The notes under the pieces: model-generated
Seen by the model: only the letters and a program-made list of their open reading frames with translations
Databases searched by the model: none
Told to the model about the DNA's origin: nothing
Made by a program: the position numbers and the translations under genes
Shown: piece after piece, positions 1-10,347 of the stretch
How positions within the stretch are numbered: position 1 is the stretch's first letter
How the letters are laid out: the number at the start of each line of letters is the position of its first letter
From: an uncultured delta proteobacterium
GTDB taxonomy: Bacteria > Myxococcota_A > UBA9160 > SZUA-336
DNA: 64,000 nt
Assembly: GCA_963704165.1 (NCBI GenBank)
Contig: CAVPHD010000002.1
Coordinates: forward strand, 72,180 to 136,179
Direction: 5' to 3'

Positions 1-309
1 GAGGCGCTGCGAGCGGGCGATGCCTACGCGACGCGTCTGCACGAGGAGTGGCTCGATCGGCTCGCACAGGGAATCGCGATCGTCGCGCTCTCGCTCGACC
101 CGGACTGCATCGCGCTCGGCACGATCGTCGCGCGCAACGTCGACATCTTTCTGGAGCCGCTGCGCGAGCGCGTCTTCGAGCGGGTCTGGGAACACCTGCG
201 CGACACACGCATCGTGGCCGGGGAGCTGGGCGAGCGCCTGCCGGCCTACGCTGGATTGTGTACCGCGTTGCTCGACCCGCTCGACGCGTCCGGATCCGCC
301 GTGAAATAG
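1..309 (+). CDS. ROK family protein, C-terminal part (partial at window edge)
   Basis: Frame 1 reads ...WLDRLAQGIAIVALSLDPDCIALGT...IVAGELGERLPAYAG, resembling the ROK C-terminus; TAG at 307-309. Confidence 0.65.
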   Translation, partial: EALRAGDAYATRLHEEWLDRLAQGIAIVALSLDPDCIALGTIVARNVDIFLEPLRERVFERVWEHLRDTRIVAGELGERLPAYAGLCTALLDPLDASGSAVK

Positions 310-1433
310 CCCGAGCGCCAGACTTCAACGTATTCTCGAAGTCTGGCGACGGCAATGGCCTCGCGAAGATCGCGGACGAGCTTCATGTAATACGCGATGT
401 TGTGAAGCGACAGGAGGCGCGCGCCGAGCGAGTCGCCGCTGGTCAGCAGGTGCCGGAGGTACGCGCGCGAGTGGCGGCGGCAGGCAGGGCACGCGCACTC
501 GGGGTCGAGCGGGAGCGGGTCGTCGCGGTAGCGCGCGTTCCGAAGGTTGACGCGACCCCGCGACGTGAACACCGAGCCGTGTCGGCCGTGGCGTGTGGGC
601 ACGACGCAGTCGAAGAGATCGACACCGGCCTGCACTCCGGCGACGAGATCCTCCGGCAGACCCAGGCCCATCAGGTAGCGCGGGGCCGCTTCGGGAAGGA
701 CTGAAATCGCGGCGCTCGCGAGCCGGAGGCGAGCCTCGGGCGATTCCCCGACGCCCAGGCCGCCAATCGCGAAGGCGTCGAATCCGAGCGCGCGCGTCCG
801 CTCGGCGCTCTCGGCGCGCAGATCCTCGCGGTCACCCCCCTGGACGATGCCAAAGAGCCGTTGATCGCCGCGCCGGTGGGCGTCGCGACAGCGCGCGGCC
901 CAGCGCAGGCTGCGCTCGAGGCAGGCGCGTGTTCGCTCGCGCGTCGGATCGATCTCCGGGGCGATCGCCTCGAACTCGTCGAGAACCACGATGAAGTCGG
1001 CGCCGAGCGCTTCCTGGATCTCGATGGCGCGTTCCGGTGACAGAAAGACCTTCCGGCCATCGACGGGGCTGCGGAACTCGACGCCCGCCTCGCCGCGCTC
1101 GCAGTGCGCACCCAACGAGAAGATCTGGAAGCCGCCGGAATCCGTGAGAATCGGCCCCGGCCAGCCCATGAATTCGTGCAGCCCGCCGTGCGCCTGCACG
1201 AGCGCTTCGCCCGGTCGCAGACTCAGGTGGTAGGTGTTCGCGAGCAGGCCCTGCACGCCGACGCGCGCGAGCTCGTCGGGCGAGAGTCCGCGCACCGCGC
1301 CATAGGTTCCGACGGGCAAGAATGCCGGCGTCTCGAGCGCGCCGTGGCGGGTCTCGAAGCGGCCGGCACGCGCGCGCCCGTCGTGCGCTTCCAGGACGAA
1401 GCGCGGCCGCTTCGGTTCGACTAGCGAATCCAG
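246..1433 (-). CDS. tgt: tRNA-guanine transglycosylase
   Basis: ETPAFLPVGT, LANTYHL, TDSGGFQ, GIVQGG, YLMG, DLFDCVVPTR, CxCxxC...H zinc site; start uncertain (CTG at 1433). Confidence 0.95.
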   Translation of the reverse strand: MDSLVEPKRPRFVLEAHDGRARAGRFETRHGALETPAFLPVGTYGAVRGLSPDELARVGVQGLLANTYHLSLRPGEALVQAHGGLHEFMGWPGPILTDSGGFQIFSLGAHCERGEAGVEFRSPVDGRKVFLSPERAIEIQEALGADFIVVLDEFEAIAPEIDPTRERTRACLERSLRWAARCRDAHRRGDQRLFGIVQGGDREDLRAESAERTRALGFDAFAIGGLGVGESPEARLRLASAAISVLPEAAPRYLMGLGLPEDLVAGVQAGVDLFDCVVPTRHGRHGSVFTSRGRVNLRNARYRDDPLPLDPECACPACRRHSRAYLRHLLTSGDSLGARLLSLHNIAYYMKLVRDLREAIAVARLREYVEVWRSGYFTADPDASSGSSNAVHNPA

Positions 1434-2425
1434 AACGCGTCCCCGTAGGAGAAGAAGCGGAAGCGCTCGGCGATCGCGTGCGCGTAGGCGCGCCGGGTCA
1501 CCTCGACCCCTGCGAAGGCCATCACCAGCGCGAGCAGGCTCGATCCCGGCAGGTGGAAGTTCGTGATCAGGGAGTCGACCGCGCGGAACTCGTGCCCGGG
1601 AAGGATCAGAAGCTTCGTGTCGCCCGCGCCCGCTTCGCCGCCCGTCGTCTCGAGCGCGCGGACGACCGTCGTTCCCACCGCGATCACGCGCCCGCCGGAC
1701 GCACGCGTCTGCGCGATCGCCTCCGCGGTTTCGTTCGGTATGGCGAAGCGCTCGGCGTCGAGCGTGTGATCTTCGAGTCGATCGCAGCGGATCGGTCGGA
1801 ACGTGCCCGGGCCGACGTGGAGCGTCAGCGTCGCGATTCGCAGACGCGCGGCGAGCGCCGGCGTGAAGTGGAGCGACGCCGTCGGTGCGGCGACCGCGCC
1901 GGGCTCGCGCGCGAAGATCGTCTGGTAGTCCGCGAGATCCTGCGCGCGTGGGGACTCGCGCGAGATGTAGGGCGGGAGCGGCGCCTCCCCGATCGTTTCG
2001 AGCACGCCTTCTTCGGAGCGGCCGTCGGCGCTTTCGAACGCGAGTCGGCACGTGCCGCCCGGAAGGACGTCCACCACGCGCGCGGAGAGCCCGCCGAAGC
2101 GAAGCTCGAGTCCTGCGACGAGTCGCCCGCGTGCGCGAACGAACGCGGTCCAGGTCGCATCCGGGCGGCGTTCGAGCAGAAGCGCCTCGGCCTTGCCGCC
2201 GCTCGCCTTGTGGCCGCGCAGCTTCGCCGGCCGAACGCGCGTGTCGTTCACGACGACGAGATCACGGGGACCGACCTGCGAAGCGAGGTCCGCGAAGCGC
2301 AGCTCACAGAGCTCGCCGGTCCCGCGCTCCAGGACTAGCATCCGGGCGGCGTCGCGCGGCGAGACCGGAGCCTGGGCGATCAGGTCGGGCGGAAGCTCGT
2401 ACGCGAGATCGGCGGGCGCGATCAC
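1421..2425 (-). CDS. queA: S-adenosylmethionine:tRNA ribosyltransferase-isomerase
   Basis: YELPPDLIAQ, VVNDTRV, PLPPYI, YQTIFA, AVAAPTA, AVGTTVVRALE, TNFHLP, FFSYGDA. Confidence 0.95.
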   Translation of the reverse strand: MIAPADLAYELPPDLIAQAPVSPRDAARMLVLERGTGELCELRFADLASQVGPRDLVVVNDTRVRPAKLRGHKASGGKAEALLLERRPDATWTAFVRARGRLVAGLELRFGGLSARVVDVLPGGTCRLAFESADGRSEEGVLETIGEAPLPPYISRESPRAQDLADYQTIFAREPGAVAAPTASLHFTPALAARLRIATLTLHVGPGTFRPIRCDRLEDHTLDAERFAIPNETAEAIAQTRASGGRVIAVGTTVVRALETTGGEAGAGDTKLLILPGHEFRAVDSLITNFHLPGSSLLALVMAFAGVEVTRRAYAHAIAERFRFFSYGDAFWIR

Positions 2426-3612
2426 GGCGCGCCCAGCGCCTCGAACGTCTCCGGCTTCGCCGCGAGGCCATCGTAGGAGAAGAGCACGACACCGGACGGG
2501 GTCGCTTCGCGCGCGAGCGCGAGCTGTTCGAGAATGCGAGTCGGCTCGGCCGCGAAGAGCCACGCGCCGAGGCCGATCCAGACGCGATCGCCGCCGACCC
2601 CGTGGCCGAGCGCGTGCGCCTGATAGCGAAGCAGTCGGTCGTCGCGCGTGTACGCCATGGCGACCGCGAAATCGATCAACCCCTCGTCGAGCCAGCGCCG
2701 CCAGTCCTGAAATGACGTGAGGTACGCGCGGTCCGCATAGGCGAGCGCCGCGACCGAGATCTGCCAGGTTGCGGGAATCTGCCCGGCCAGCGCGGCGACC
2801 AGCTCGCGCACGCGTTCGCGGCGAAACGCGTCCCAGGCGTCGCCGCGCGCAAAACCGCCGTTCGCCGCGGCGAAGCGTTCGCGGGCGGCCGGGCCGTAGC
2901 CGTAGTCGAGTCCGAGCGCGAAACGCGAGCCGGGCGTGATCGGCAGCGCGTACGGATAGCGGATGTAGTCGAGATGCAGGCCGTCGAGATCGGGGGCCGA
3001 GCGAACGAGATCGGCGACCGTGGCCGCCAGCTCTTCGACCACGCGCGGCTCCGCGGGGTCGAGCCAGAATCCCGGCGTCTCGAGCTGCAGGTACGCGCGA
3101 TCGGGCTTGGGGACGTTCGCTTCGGAGTAGTCGAGCAGGCTGCGACCCTTGTTGTCGACGATGATCGCGTCGCGTCCGATCGTCTGGACGATCGTCGCGT
3201 TGCGATTCATCGCGAGGTTGAGGCAGTTGAACCAGGCGTGGACGCGCAGCCCACGCGCATGCGCGCGCGCGATCAGATCGTTCAGCGGATCGGGTGCCGA
3301 TGGATCGTCGGCCCGAAGCGCCCGCCAGGGGGCATCGTCGGCGTGCGTGGAGGGAAACCAGCTGCGACCGCCCCGGTGCACCTGCACGAAGAGATCGCTC
3401 ACACCCAGCGCGACCGCGCGTTCGATCAGCATCGCGATCTTCTCGGGCGACTCGAGCACGCGTTCGCTGCCTTCCGCGAGCACCCACAGCCCGAAAGCGG
3501 CTCGGGTGGACGAGGTCGCGGCGGCGGGCGGCGGCTCGACATTCACCGGCTCGTCACGCGAACACGCGCATACGAGCAGCGTCGCGAGCGAGAGTCGGAG
3601 GAGGGCGCGCAT
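2422..3612 (-). CDS. Glycoside hydrolase family 10-like (YddW/GHL10) lipoprotein
   Basis: Lipobox-like LVCAC; LFVQV, DPL..LIARAHARGLRVHAW, WLDP, DGLHLDYIRY, QDW..WL. Confidence 0.8.
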   Translation of the reverse strand: MRALLRLSLATLLVCACSRDEPVNVEPPPAAATSSTRAAFGLWVLAEGSERVLESPEKIAMLIERAVALGVSDLFVQVHRGGRSWFPSTHADDAPWRALRADDPSAPDPLNDLIARAHARGLRVHAWFNCLNLAMNRNATIVQTIGRDAIIVDNKGRSLLDYSEANVPKPDRAYLQLETPGFWLDPAEPRVVEELAATVADLVRSAPDLDGLHLDYIRYPYALPITPGSRFALGLDYGYGPAARERFAAANGGFARGDAWDAFRRERVRELVAALAGQIPATWQISVAALAYADRAYLTSFQDWRRWLDEGLIDFAVAMAYTRDDRLLRYQAHALGHGVGGDRVWIGLGAWLFAAEPTRILEQLALAREATPSGVVLFSYDGLAAKPETFEALGAP

Positions 3613-3693
3613 GGCGAATCCGAACGTAGCAGAGGCCGGAATCGCCGCCGTTCTCGCCCGACGCCGACGCGCCGGTTAGATTCGTGACCCCGC

Positions 3694-5766
3694 ATGAACG
3701 CCCGACCGATGGAACCCGCGACGCTCCTGCGCGCCTTCGCGCTCGCCGCGCTGCTCGCGATCGCACCGCGCGCCGCGGCCGACGAAGCGGAGTCGCAGAT
3801 CTCGGCCACGCTTCAGGAAGCGAACGCGCTGCGCGAGGCGGGCAGCTATGCGAAGGCCGCGAAGCGGCTGCGACGACTCGAGAAGACCGAGCTCGGTGCG
3901 GGCGTGGGTCTCTTGCGCGCGCGTCTGCTCTTGGCCGACGGTCACGCGGAGAAGGCGGCCGAGGTCGCGGAAGCCGCGCTCGCGCTCGACCCACCGATGG
4001 AGCTCCGCGCGCATCTCTTCGCCGAGCTCGCGCGCGCGCGGCTCGAGCAGGCGGATCTGGCGGGGGCTCGAATCGCCCAAGAGGGCGCCTGGGACGCGAC
4101 CGGCAGCCCGGACTATGCCGCCGAGCTCGTCGTACAGCTCGCGCGTGAGCACGAGAAGGCTGCCCAGCCGGCCGAGGCGTTCGAGCTCTACGAGCGCGCC
4201 TGGCGCAGCTGGCCGCTGGCGCCGGCATCCGTCGACGCCTATTCACGGTCGTTGGAGCTCGGCCCGACGCTGGGCGCGCCCCAACCCGACGTGACGGCGC
4301 TGATCACGCGCGCAGATCGGCTGCGGGCGGCGTACCGCTGTGACCGGGCGCTGCCGATCTACGAGTCCGTTCTCGTTCGTGCCGACGCGACCGCCGCCGA
4401 AAAGCGACGCCTCGAACGCGCGCGCGCCGACTGTCTGTTTGCGGGCCGCCGCTATCCGGAGGCCCTCGAGGTCTACCAGGCGATCGCCGCGCGCGATCCC
4501 GGCGATCGCGACGTACAGATCCTGATCGGCCGGACGCTCATGCGCGCGGGCCAGCAGACCGCTTCGGTCGCCGCGTTCGAGAAGCTGATTCGCTCGCGCG
4601 ATCCGTTGACCCGCGCCCGCGCCCGCGCGCTGCTCGCCATCGTCGTCGAGGATACCGAGCCCGCACGCGCGCTCGAGCTACTGCGCAAGGTCGAGCGCCA
4701 ATCCGAAGATCCAGCGGCGGCCGCGCAGGCGCGTTGGTCTCTGGCCTGGGCGGACCTGCGCAGTGGCGCGGACGTACAGGCGCTCGCGCGGCTCGACCCG
4801 CTCGCCGACGGACCGATCAGCGACATCGAGATCCAACGCGCGCGCTACTGGCGCGGAGTCGTGCGCACCCGGTCGTCGGTCCCGCTCACGGCGGAGGCCG
4901 GTGGGGTCCAGCTCCGCACGCTCGCCGAAGCGGTTCCGCTCTCCTACTACGGCCTGCTGGCATCTGAACGCATCGGTCCGACCGCGCTCGAGCGAAGCTT
5001 CCTCGGTCCGAGACTCGCGGCAACGGAGTCCGCGCCGCTTCGGCGTGCGCGCATGTGGCTCGACGGCGGCTTTCCCGAGATCGCACAGGACGAGCTCGTC
5101 AGCTTCACCGAACGCACCCGACTCCGACGTGAGCAGCGCATCGCGCTCTCCCGGTTGTTCTATCGCACGGGGGATCCGCACCGCGCCCAGCAGCTGATCC
5201 AGGTCGGATTCGGCGCGTCGCTCGAGCAGGGCGTGGATCCGGTCTGGCGCGACGCGTGGGAGCTGGCCTGGCCGCGCGCGTTCCGCGACGCCGTCACGAG
5301 GGCGGATCGGGAGTTCGGGTTCGCCCCGGCGCTCGTCTATGCGGTCATGCGCGAGGAGAGCGAGTACCGCCCGGAAGTCAGCTCCCCCGCAGGCGCGCTC
5401 GGGCTGATGCAGATCATTCCGCCCACCGGGAGGCGCATCGCGGAGCAGCTCGAAGTCACCGGATTCGATCCGATCCAGCTCTTCGACCCAGAGCTCAACG
5501 TCCGCTTCGGGACGTTCTATCTGCGCTCGCTCGTCGAGCGGTTCAGCGGCTCGATCCCCCTGGCGATTGCGTCGTACAACGCCGGGCCGGAGGCGGTTTC
5601 CCGCTGGATCCGGCGGGACGGCGATCAGCCCCCCGACGTCTTCGTGGACTCCGTGCCCTACGGCGAGACGCGCCGTTACCTGCGGCGCGTTCTCCGCTCG
5701 TACCACCTGTACCGGCGGCTCTATCCGGATCCACCCGCTCAAAGCTCCGCGTCACGCGACCGATAG
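3694..5766 (+). CDS. Soluble lytic transglycosylase with TPR repeats
   Basis: Signal peptide, TPR-like helices, C-terminal VMREES, GALGLMQI, ASYNAG, ETRRY. Confidence 0.92.
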   Translation: MNARPMEPATLLRAFALAALLAIAPRAAADEAESQISATLQEANALREAGSYAKAAKRLRRLEKTELGAGVGLLRARLLLADGHAEKAAEVAEAALALDPPMELRAHLFAELARARLEQADLAGARIAQEGAWDATGSPDYAAELVVQLAREHEKAAQPAEAFELYERAWRSWPLAPASVDAYSRSLELGPTLGAPQPDVTALITRADRLRAAYRCDRALPIYESVLVRADATAAEKRRLERARADCLFAGRRYPEALEVYQAIAARDPGDRDVQILIGRTLMRAGQQTASVAAFEKLIRSRDPLTRARARALLAIVVEDTEPARALELLRKVERQSEDPAAAAQARWSLAWADLRSGADVQALARLDPLADGPISDIEIQRARYWRGVVRTRSSVPLTAEAGGVQLRTLAEAVPLSYYGLLASERIGPTALERSFLGPRLAATESAPLRRARMWLDGGFPEIAQDELVSFTERTRLRREQRIALSRLFYRTGDPHRAQQLIQVGFGASLEQGVDPVWRDAWELAWPRAFRDAVTRADREFGFAPALVYAVMREESEYRPEVSSPAGALGLMQIIPPTGRRIAEQLEVTGFDPIQLFDPELNVRFGTFYLRSLVERFSGSIPLAIASYNAGPEAVSRWIRRDGDQPPDVFVDSVPYGETRRYLRRVLRSYHLYRRLYPDPPAQSSASRDR

Positions 5767-5772
5767 CGGGGC

Positions 5773-6201
5773 ATGACCAAGGCGATTCTGGCTTTGCTCG
5801 TGCTGTGCATCGCGATCTCGGGTGCGGGCTACTACAACTACTCGCGCAATGCTCCGCTCGAGGCGGACCTGCACAAGCCGCGACCCTACAAGTCGCTCTC
5901 GACTCCCGACATCGGAAAGCTCTTGGGCGCCTATCAGGCCGATCTCGATCGGCTCAAGGGCACGGTTGGCGCCAAGCCGGGCGGCGAGGGCGTGATCGAT
6001 CGCTTCGACGCCAGCGACGTCGGGGGCAAGGCTCAGGGATTCGCCAGCTTCCAGCGTGAGAACCAACGCTGGAAGAACGCCCGCGGCCAGGTCTTCGAGA
6101 TCGAGAAGACGCTCGCGGATCTGCGCCTCGAGAAGTCGATCCGCGACCGCGGGCTGGATCTCGACAGCACCCGCATCTGGCTGCGCATCAGCACGTTCTG
6201 A
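5773..6201 (+). CDS. Hypothetical membrane-anchored protein
   Basis: N-terminal hydrophobic helix; coding-like codon use; follows SLT directly. Confidence 0.7.
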   Translation: MTKAILALLVLCIAISGAGYYNYSRNAPLEADLHKPRPYKSLSTPDIGKLLGAYQADLDRLKGTVGAKPGGEGVIDRFDASDVGGKAQGFASFQRENQRWKNARGQVFEIEKTLADLRLEKSIRDRGLDLDSTRIWLRISTF

Positions 6202-6209
6202 GACCGGCG

Positions 6210-6569
6210 CTAGTCGTCGTCGTCGTCGGCCGCCGGCTCGTCTTCGGGTTCGTCGATTTCCGGCGTCTCGATCCCGCCGTCCTCGATCTCGATGTCCTCG
6301 AAGCCCGTGTCGTCGGTGTCGATCGGCGTGTCGAGATCTTCCGCCTCGTCGATCGGGGGCGGCGGCTTCGCGGCCTTCTTCGGCGCCGGCGGCGCCGCGG
6401 CCTTCTTGGCGCGGGAGCGCTTGGGTTTCTCGAACGCCGGTGATTGCCGCTGGTCCGCGTTGCACTTGGGGCAATTCGGTTCGGGCTTGTTCATGTCGTA
6501 GAACTTCGCCTGGCACGAGTAGCAGACCCACTTCTGACCGAGCTTGGCCTTGCGAGCGGCGGCGTCCAT
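6210..6569 (-). CDS. FYDLN acid domain protein (TIGR02300-like)
   Basis: [27 protein letters not shown] followed by an acidic tail. Confidence 0.88.
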   Translation of the reverse strand: MDAAARKAKLGQKWVCYSCQAKFYDMNKPEPNCPKCNADQRQSPAFEKPKRSRAKKAAAPPAPKKAAKPPPPIDEAEDLDTPIDTDDTGFEDIEIEDGGIETPEIDEPEDEPAADDDDD

Positions 6570-6673
6570 GCGTTCAAGCGCTCCTTTCGCGCGGGGTATA
6601 CCACGGGGGGCCGGTAGGGCAAGCCTTGGGCCGTCCGGGCAACTTCTCGAAACCCCGTTGATTTAACAGAATG

Positions 6674-7450
6674 CTACTTATCGGAACCTGAAATCGGGAC
6701 GTCGGCGGATGCAGCTCCGAGCTTCATCTGCTCGATGCCGATCCGCGTGATGACGCCCTGTTCTTCCGCGATCTCCGGTGAGCTCGAGAGCGCCTGCTGA
6801 TAGGCACCGATTGCGCGTGCCGGGGCTCCCGCGCGCGAGAAACAGTCGCCCGCCTCGATCCAGAGCAGAACGTTCGCTCGGTAGGCCTCGATCCGCGCGC
6901 CGGCTTCGTAGGCTTCGGCGGCGGCGAGCGGATCTCCGCTCTGATCGAGGACGAAACCGCGCAAGCGCAGCGCCACCGCGCGGCGTGCGTCATCGGCGGC
7001 GAGCGAAGCTGCGAGCGCCTCGAGCCGCTTGTCCGCAGCCGCGAGATTTCCGAGGCCGGTCTCGAGCTCGGCCGCACGCAGCCGCGCGATCTGTGCGGCG
7101 TCGCTCGAGCCGCGTTCCGCGATGAAGGCGTCGAACTCGATCACGGCCTGTTCGCGCGCCTTTCTCGCCTGATCCGCGTTGGCGGGCTCGCTGATGAAGG
7201 CCTCGTCGCTGGTCGCTCCCATGGCCCGAGCGAATCGAGCCTCGATCGCGGCGAGCTCCGTCTGAGCCGCCAGACGACTTCGCGTCTGCCACTCCCAGAC
7301 CCCGGCGATCGCGCCCCCCGTGACCAGGAAGATCGCGATCCCGATCACGATCTCTCGCCCGTGCGAGTTGGCCCACTCGAAGCCGGCCTGAATCCGGGCT
7401 TCGAAGCCAGCCAGCCGAGTTTCCGTGTCGCCGTGTTGCTGCTGAGCCAT
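6674..7450 (-). CDS. YfgM-like TPR membrane protein
   Basis: Single N-terminal TM helix then TPR-like repeats; adjacent to der. Confidence 0.7.
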   Translation of the reverse strand: MAQQQHGDTETRLAGFEARIQAGFEWANSHGREIVIGIAIFLVTGGAIAGVWEWQTRSRLAAQTELAAIEARFARAMGATSDEAFISEPANADQARKAREQAVIEFDAFIAERGSSDAAQIARLRAAELETGLGNLAAADKRLEALAASLAADDARRAVALRLRGFVLDQSGDPLAAAEAYEAGARIEAYRANVLLWIEAGDCFSRAGAPARAIGAYQQALSSSPEIAEEQGVITRIGIEQMKLGAASADVPISGSDK

Positions 7451-7484
7451 GCGCTCGTGCCTCCCCCCGATGCGGCGCGCGATC

Positions 7485-8876
7485 TTAGCGGGTTTTCGCG
7501 GCGGACCCGTCCTCCGCGTTGCCGGAGTCTTCCAAACGCTCCGCTCGACCGCGCAGCAACACGCGCACGGGCGACGAGCGAACGCCGAAGCGTTTGCGGA
7601 AGAAGCCCTCGAGATAGCGGTGGTAGTTCGGCGCGATCAGCGTCGGATCGTTCATGAACACGAGCAGAGTCAGCGGGCGCTTCGCGACCTGCGTCGCGTA
7701 GAAGAAGCGCGCGCGGCGTTTGCCGCGAAGCGGCGGCACGTTTCGCGTGGTCGCCTCTTCGAGCGCGCGGTTCAACTCGGCGGTCGGGACCTCGACGTCG
7801 AGATCGTCGTACAGCCGCAGCGCCTCGGGCAGGAGCCGCGTCAGACCTCGACCCGAGAGCGCGCTCGTGCGCAGTACGACGGGCTCGGGGACGAAACCGA
7901 GCCGGCGCTCGAGCTGGCGTTCGACCTCCGTCCCGCGATCGGTGCCCTCGATCGCATCCCACTTGTTCAGAACGAGCACGAGCGGTCGGCCTCGGTCGAG
8001 CGCGAGGCGCGCGATCTTCGCGTCCTGTTCGGCAATGCCGCTTTCGGCGTCGAGCACGAGCAGTCCGACATCGGCGCGCTCGAGCGTGCGCAAGGCCATC
8101 AACGCACTGCCGCGTTCGAGCCGGTCGGCCCGGCGACCCGGCTTGCGCATGCCCGCCGTATCGACGAGCACGACGTCGCGCTCCCCGACGCGCAAGAACG
8201 AATCGGTCGCGTCGCGCGTCGTGCCGGGCTCGTCCGCGACGATGTTGCGCTCCTCCCCGAGCAACGCGTTCAAGAGCGAAGACTTGCCGACGTTCGGTCG
8301 GCCGACGATCGCGAGCCGAGGGGGACCGGTGCGCGGCTCGATCGCGGTCGGCTCGCTCGGGACCGGCAGCCGCTCGGCAATCGAGATCTCGAGATCGACG
8401 ATGCCGCGCGCGTGCGCCGCCGAGGTCGGAATGATCTCGGGGAAGCCGAGCCGGTGGAACTCCGCGCTCGCCGCCTCGAGCTTGGGGTTGTCCGCCTTGT
8501 TCGCGACCACCACGACCTGAGGTCCGGCGCGCCGCAGCAGCTCGGCGATCTGCTGGTCGCCCGACAGCAGGCCGTCGCGAGCATCGACCACGAACACGAT
8601 CACGGCCGCCTCGGCCACCACCAGGCCGACCTGGCGCCGGATCGCAGCCGGGATGCCCTGCTCCGCGTCCGGGTCGAGACCTCCCGTGTCCACCAGCAAG
8701 ACCTCGCGCCCCTCGATCACCGTCAGGGAGGCGACCCGATCCCGCGTGACCCCGGGCCGATCTTCCACCAATGAGCGACTCGCGCGCAGGAGGCGGTTGA
8801 AGAGCGTCGATTTGCCGACGTTCGCCCGACCCACGATGGCGACCAGCGGGGGGCCGCTGCTGTCACTTTTGCTCAT
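7485..8876 (-). CDS. der: Ribosome biogenesis GTPase Der (EngA)
   Basis: Two G domains (GRANVGKS/DTGG/NKAD and GRPNVGKS/DTAG/NKWD) and a KH-like C-terminus. Confidence 0.96.
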   Translation of the reverse strand: MSKSDSSGPPLVAIVGRANVGKSTLFNRLLRASRSLVEDRPGVTRDRVASLTVIEGREVLLVDTGGLDPDAEQGIPAAIRRQVGLVVAEAAVIVFVVDARDGLLSGDQQIAELLRRAGPQVVVVANKADNPKLEAASAEFHRLGFPEIIPTSAAHARGIVDLEISIAERLPVPSEPTAIEPRTGPPRLAIVGRPNVGKSSLLNALLGEERNIVADEPGTTRDATDSFLRVGERDVVLVDTAGMRKPGRRADRLERGSALMALRTLERADVGLLVLDAESGIAEQDAKIARLALDRGRPLVLVLNKWDAIEGTDRGTEVERQLERRLGFVPEPVVLRTSALSGRGLTRLLPEALRLYDDLDVEVPTAELNRALEEATTRNVPPLRGKRRARFFYATQVAKRPLTLLVFMNDPTLIAPNYHRYLEGFFRKRFGVRSSPVRVLLRGRAERLEDSGNAEDGSAAKTR

Positions 8877-8978
8877 CTTGGCGCCACTCCAAACTAATCC
8901 CGTGCGGTCACTGGTTGACACAGCTCGCGGTTTTGGGCGAGGCTCGCACGGTTCGCTTCGTCGGGGAGGGTCGGTTCG

Positions 8979-9443
8979 ATGGTGCAGAAGGCGGGATCGT
9001 TGTCTCTCAAAGCTGCGGTCCTGACGGTCGCGATGGTCGCTGCGCTCGCGGGAGTTCCCGGCGAGGCGAAGGCCGACGCGAGCCAGCTCTGCCGCGCCGG
9101 AGCGAATCTGGTGCTCGCGCCCTTCGACTTCCTGCTCGCCCCCGTGATCGTCGCGAAGGACGAGTACTACGGCCTGACCGAGGTCGACGATCCGATGGCG
9201 ATCAAGGTCATGGGTGCGGTTCCCGGCTACGTCTTCCTGCTCGGGGTGCAGACCGGAGGCGCGATCTTCAGAGAGATCGCAGCGGTGTTCGAGTTCATCC
9301 CCGGGATCGTGACGCTCTTCCGCGAGGGCTCGCAGCCGGCGCTCTACCGCTCCGCGGAGGACGCTTGGGCGCTCTACGCCGAGGAGTACGGCCCCTGCCC
9401 CGTCAAGATCGGGATCTCGTACAACACGATCAACGACGGCTGA
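8979..9443 (+). CDS. Hypothetical exported protein
   Basis: Signal peptide ending AKA; coding-like composition. Confidence 0.7.
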   Translation: MVQKAGSLSLKAAVLTVAMVAALAGVPGEAKADASQLCRAGANLVLAPFDFLLAPVIVAKDEYYGLTEVDDPMAIKVMGAVPGYVFLLGVQTGGAIFREIAAVFEFIPGIVTLFREGSQPALYRSAEDAWALYAEEYGPCPVKIGISYNTINDG

Positions 9444-10347
9444 TCGCGCGCAGCACGCCTTCGAGCGCGCGGTCGCCTGCCTCCGCATCGAGCCACTCGA
9501 GTCCCGGCTCGGCGCGAAACCAGGTGCGCTGGCGCTTCGCGTAGCGTCGTGTCGCGATCCAGGCGCGCTCGATCGCTTCGGTCCGCGAGAGCCGACCCGC
9601 GAGAAGCTCGCCGGCTTCGAGGTAGCCGATCGCCCGAAGCGGGCGCAGGCTCGCTGCGAATCCCGCGGCGTGAAGCCCCGACAATTCCTCCACGAGTCCG
9701 GCGTCGAACATCGCCTCGACGCGCGCGCGCAGGCGAGCCGCGAGACGCTCGCGATCGACCGCGAGGCCCAGCCAGATGACGTCGAACGGACGGTCTCGGA
9801 ACGCATGATCCGATTGCTGCTCCGAGATCGGCCGACACGCCAGGCGAAGTGCCTCGAGCGCGCGCACGGTTCGGACGCGATCGGACGGGCTGATCCGCGC
9901 GGCGGTCACCGCGTCGAGGCGCTCGAGCTCGGCGCGAAGATCCACGCTCGTTCGAGCCTCGAGCTCGGCGCGGATCGCAGCGTCGGATCCGACTCCCTCG
10001 ATCAAGCCGCCCGCGAACGCGCGCGCGTAGAGCCCGGTGCCTCCGACGAGTAGAACCGGGCGGCCGCGCATCGCGATCTCGAGCGCCGCCCGGCGCGCGA
10101 ACGCAGCCCAGCGCCCCGCGGACATCGACGCATCGGGATCGACGAGATCGAGCGCGTGATGCGGGATCTCGGCGCGAAGCTCGGTCGAGGGCTTCGCCGT
10201 GCCGATGTCCATGCCTCGGTAGACCTGCATCGAATCCGCGCTGACGATCTCGGCGCCCGTCTTGCGCGCGACCGCGCAGGCGAGCTCGGTCTTGCCGGTG
10301 CCGGTCGGGCCGACGATCGCGATCACGCGCGGACGATCTTCCGCCAT
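9430..10347 (-). CDS. miaA: tRNA dimethylallyltransferase
   Basis: GPTGTGKT, SADSMQVYRGMDIGTAKP, VGGTGLY, TRRYAKRQRTWF. Confidence 0.96.
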   Translation of the reverse strand: MAEDRPRVIAIVGPTGTGKTELACAVARKTGAEIVSADSMQVYRGMDIGTAKPSTELRAEIPHHALDLVDPDASMSAGRWAAFARRAALEIAMRGRPVLLVGGTGLYARAFAGGLIEGVGSDAAIRAELEARTSVDLRAELERLDAVTAARISPSDRVRTVRALEALRLACRPISEQQSDHAFRDRPFDVIWLGLAVDRERLAARLRARVEAMFDAGLVEELSGLHAAGFAASLRPLRAIGYLEAGELLAGRLSRTEAIERAWIATRRYAKRQRTWFRAEPGLEWLDAEAGDRALEGVLRAISRR

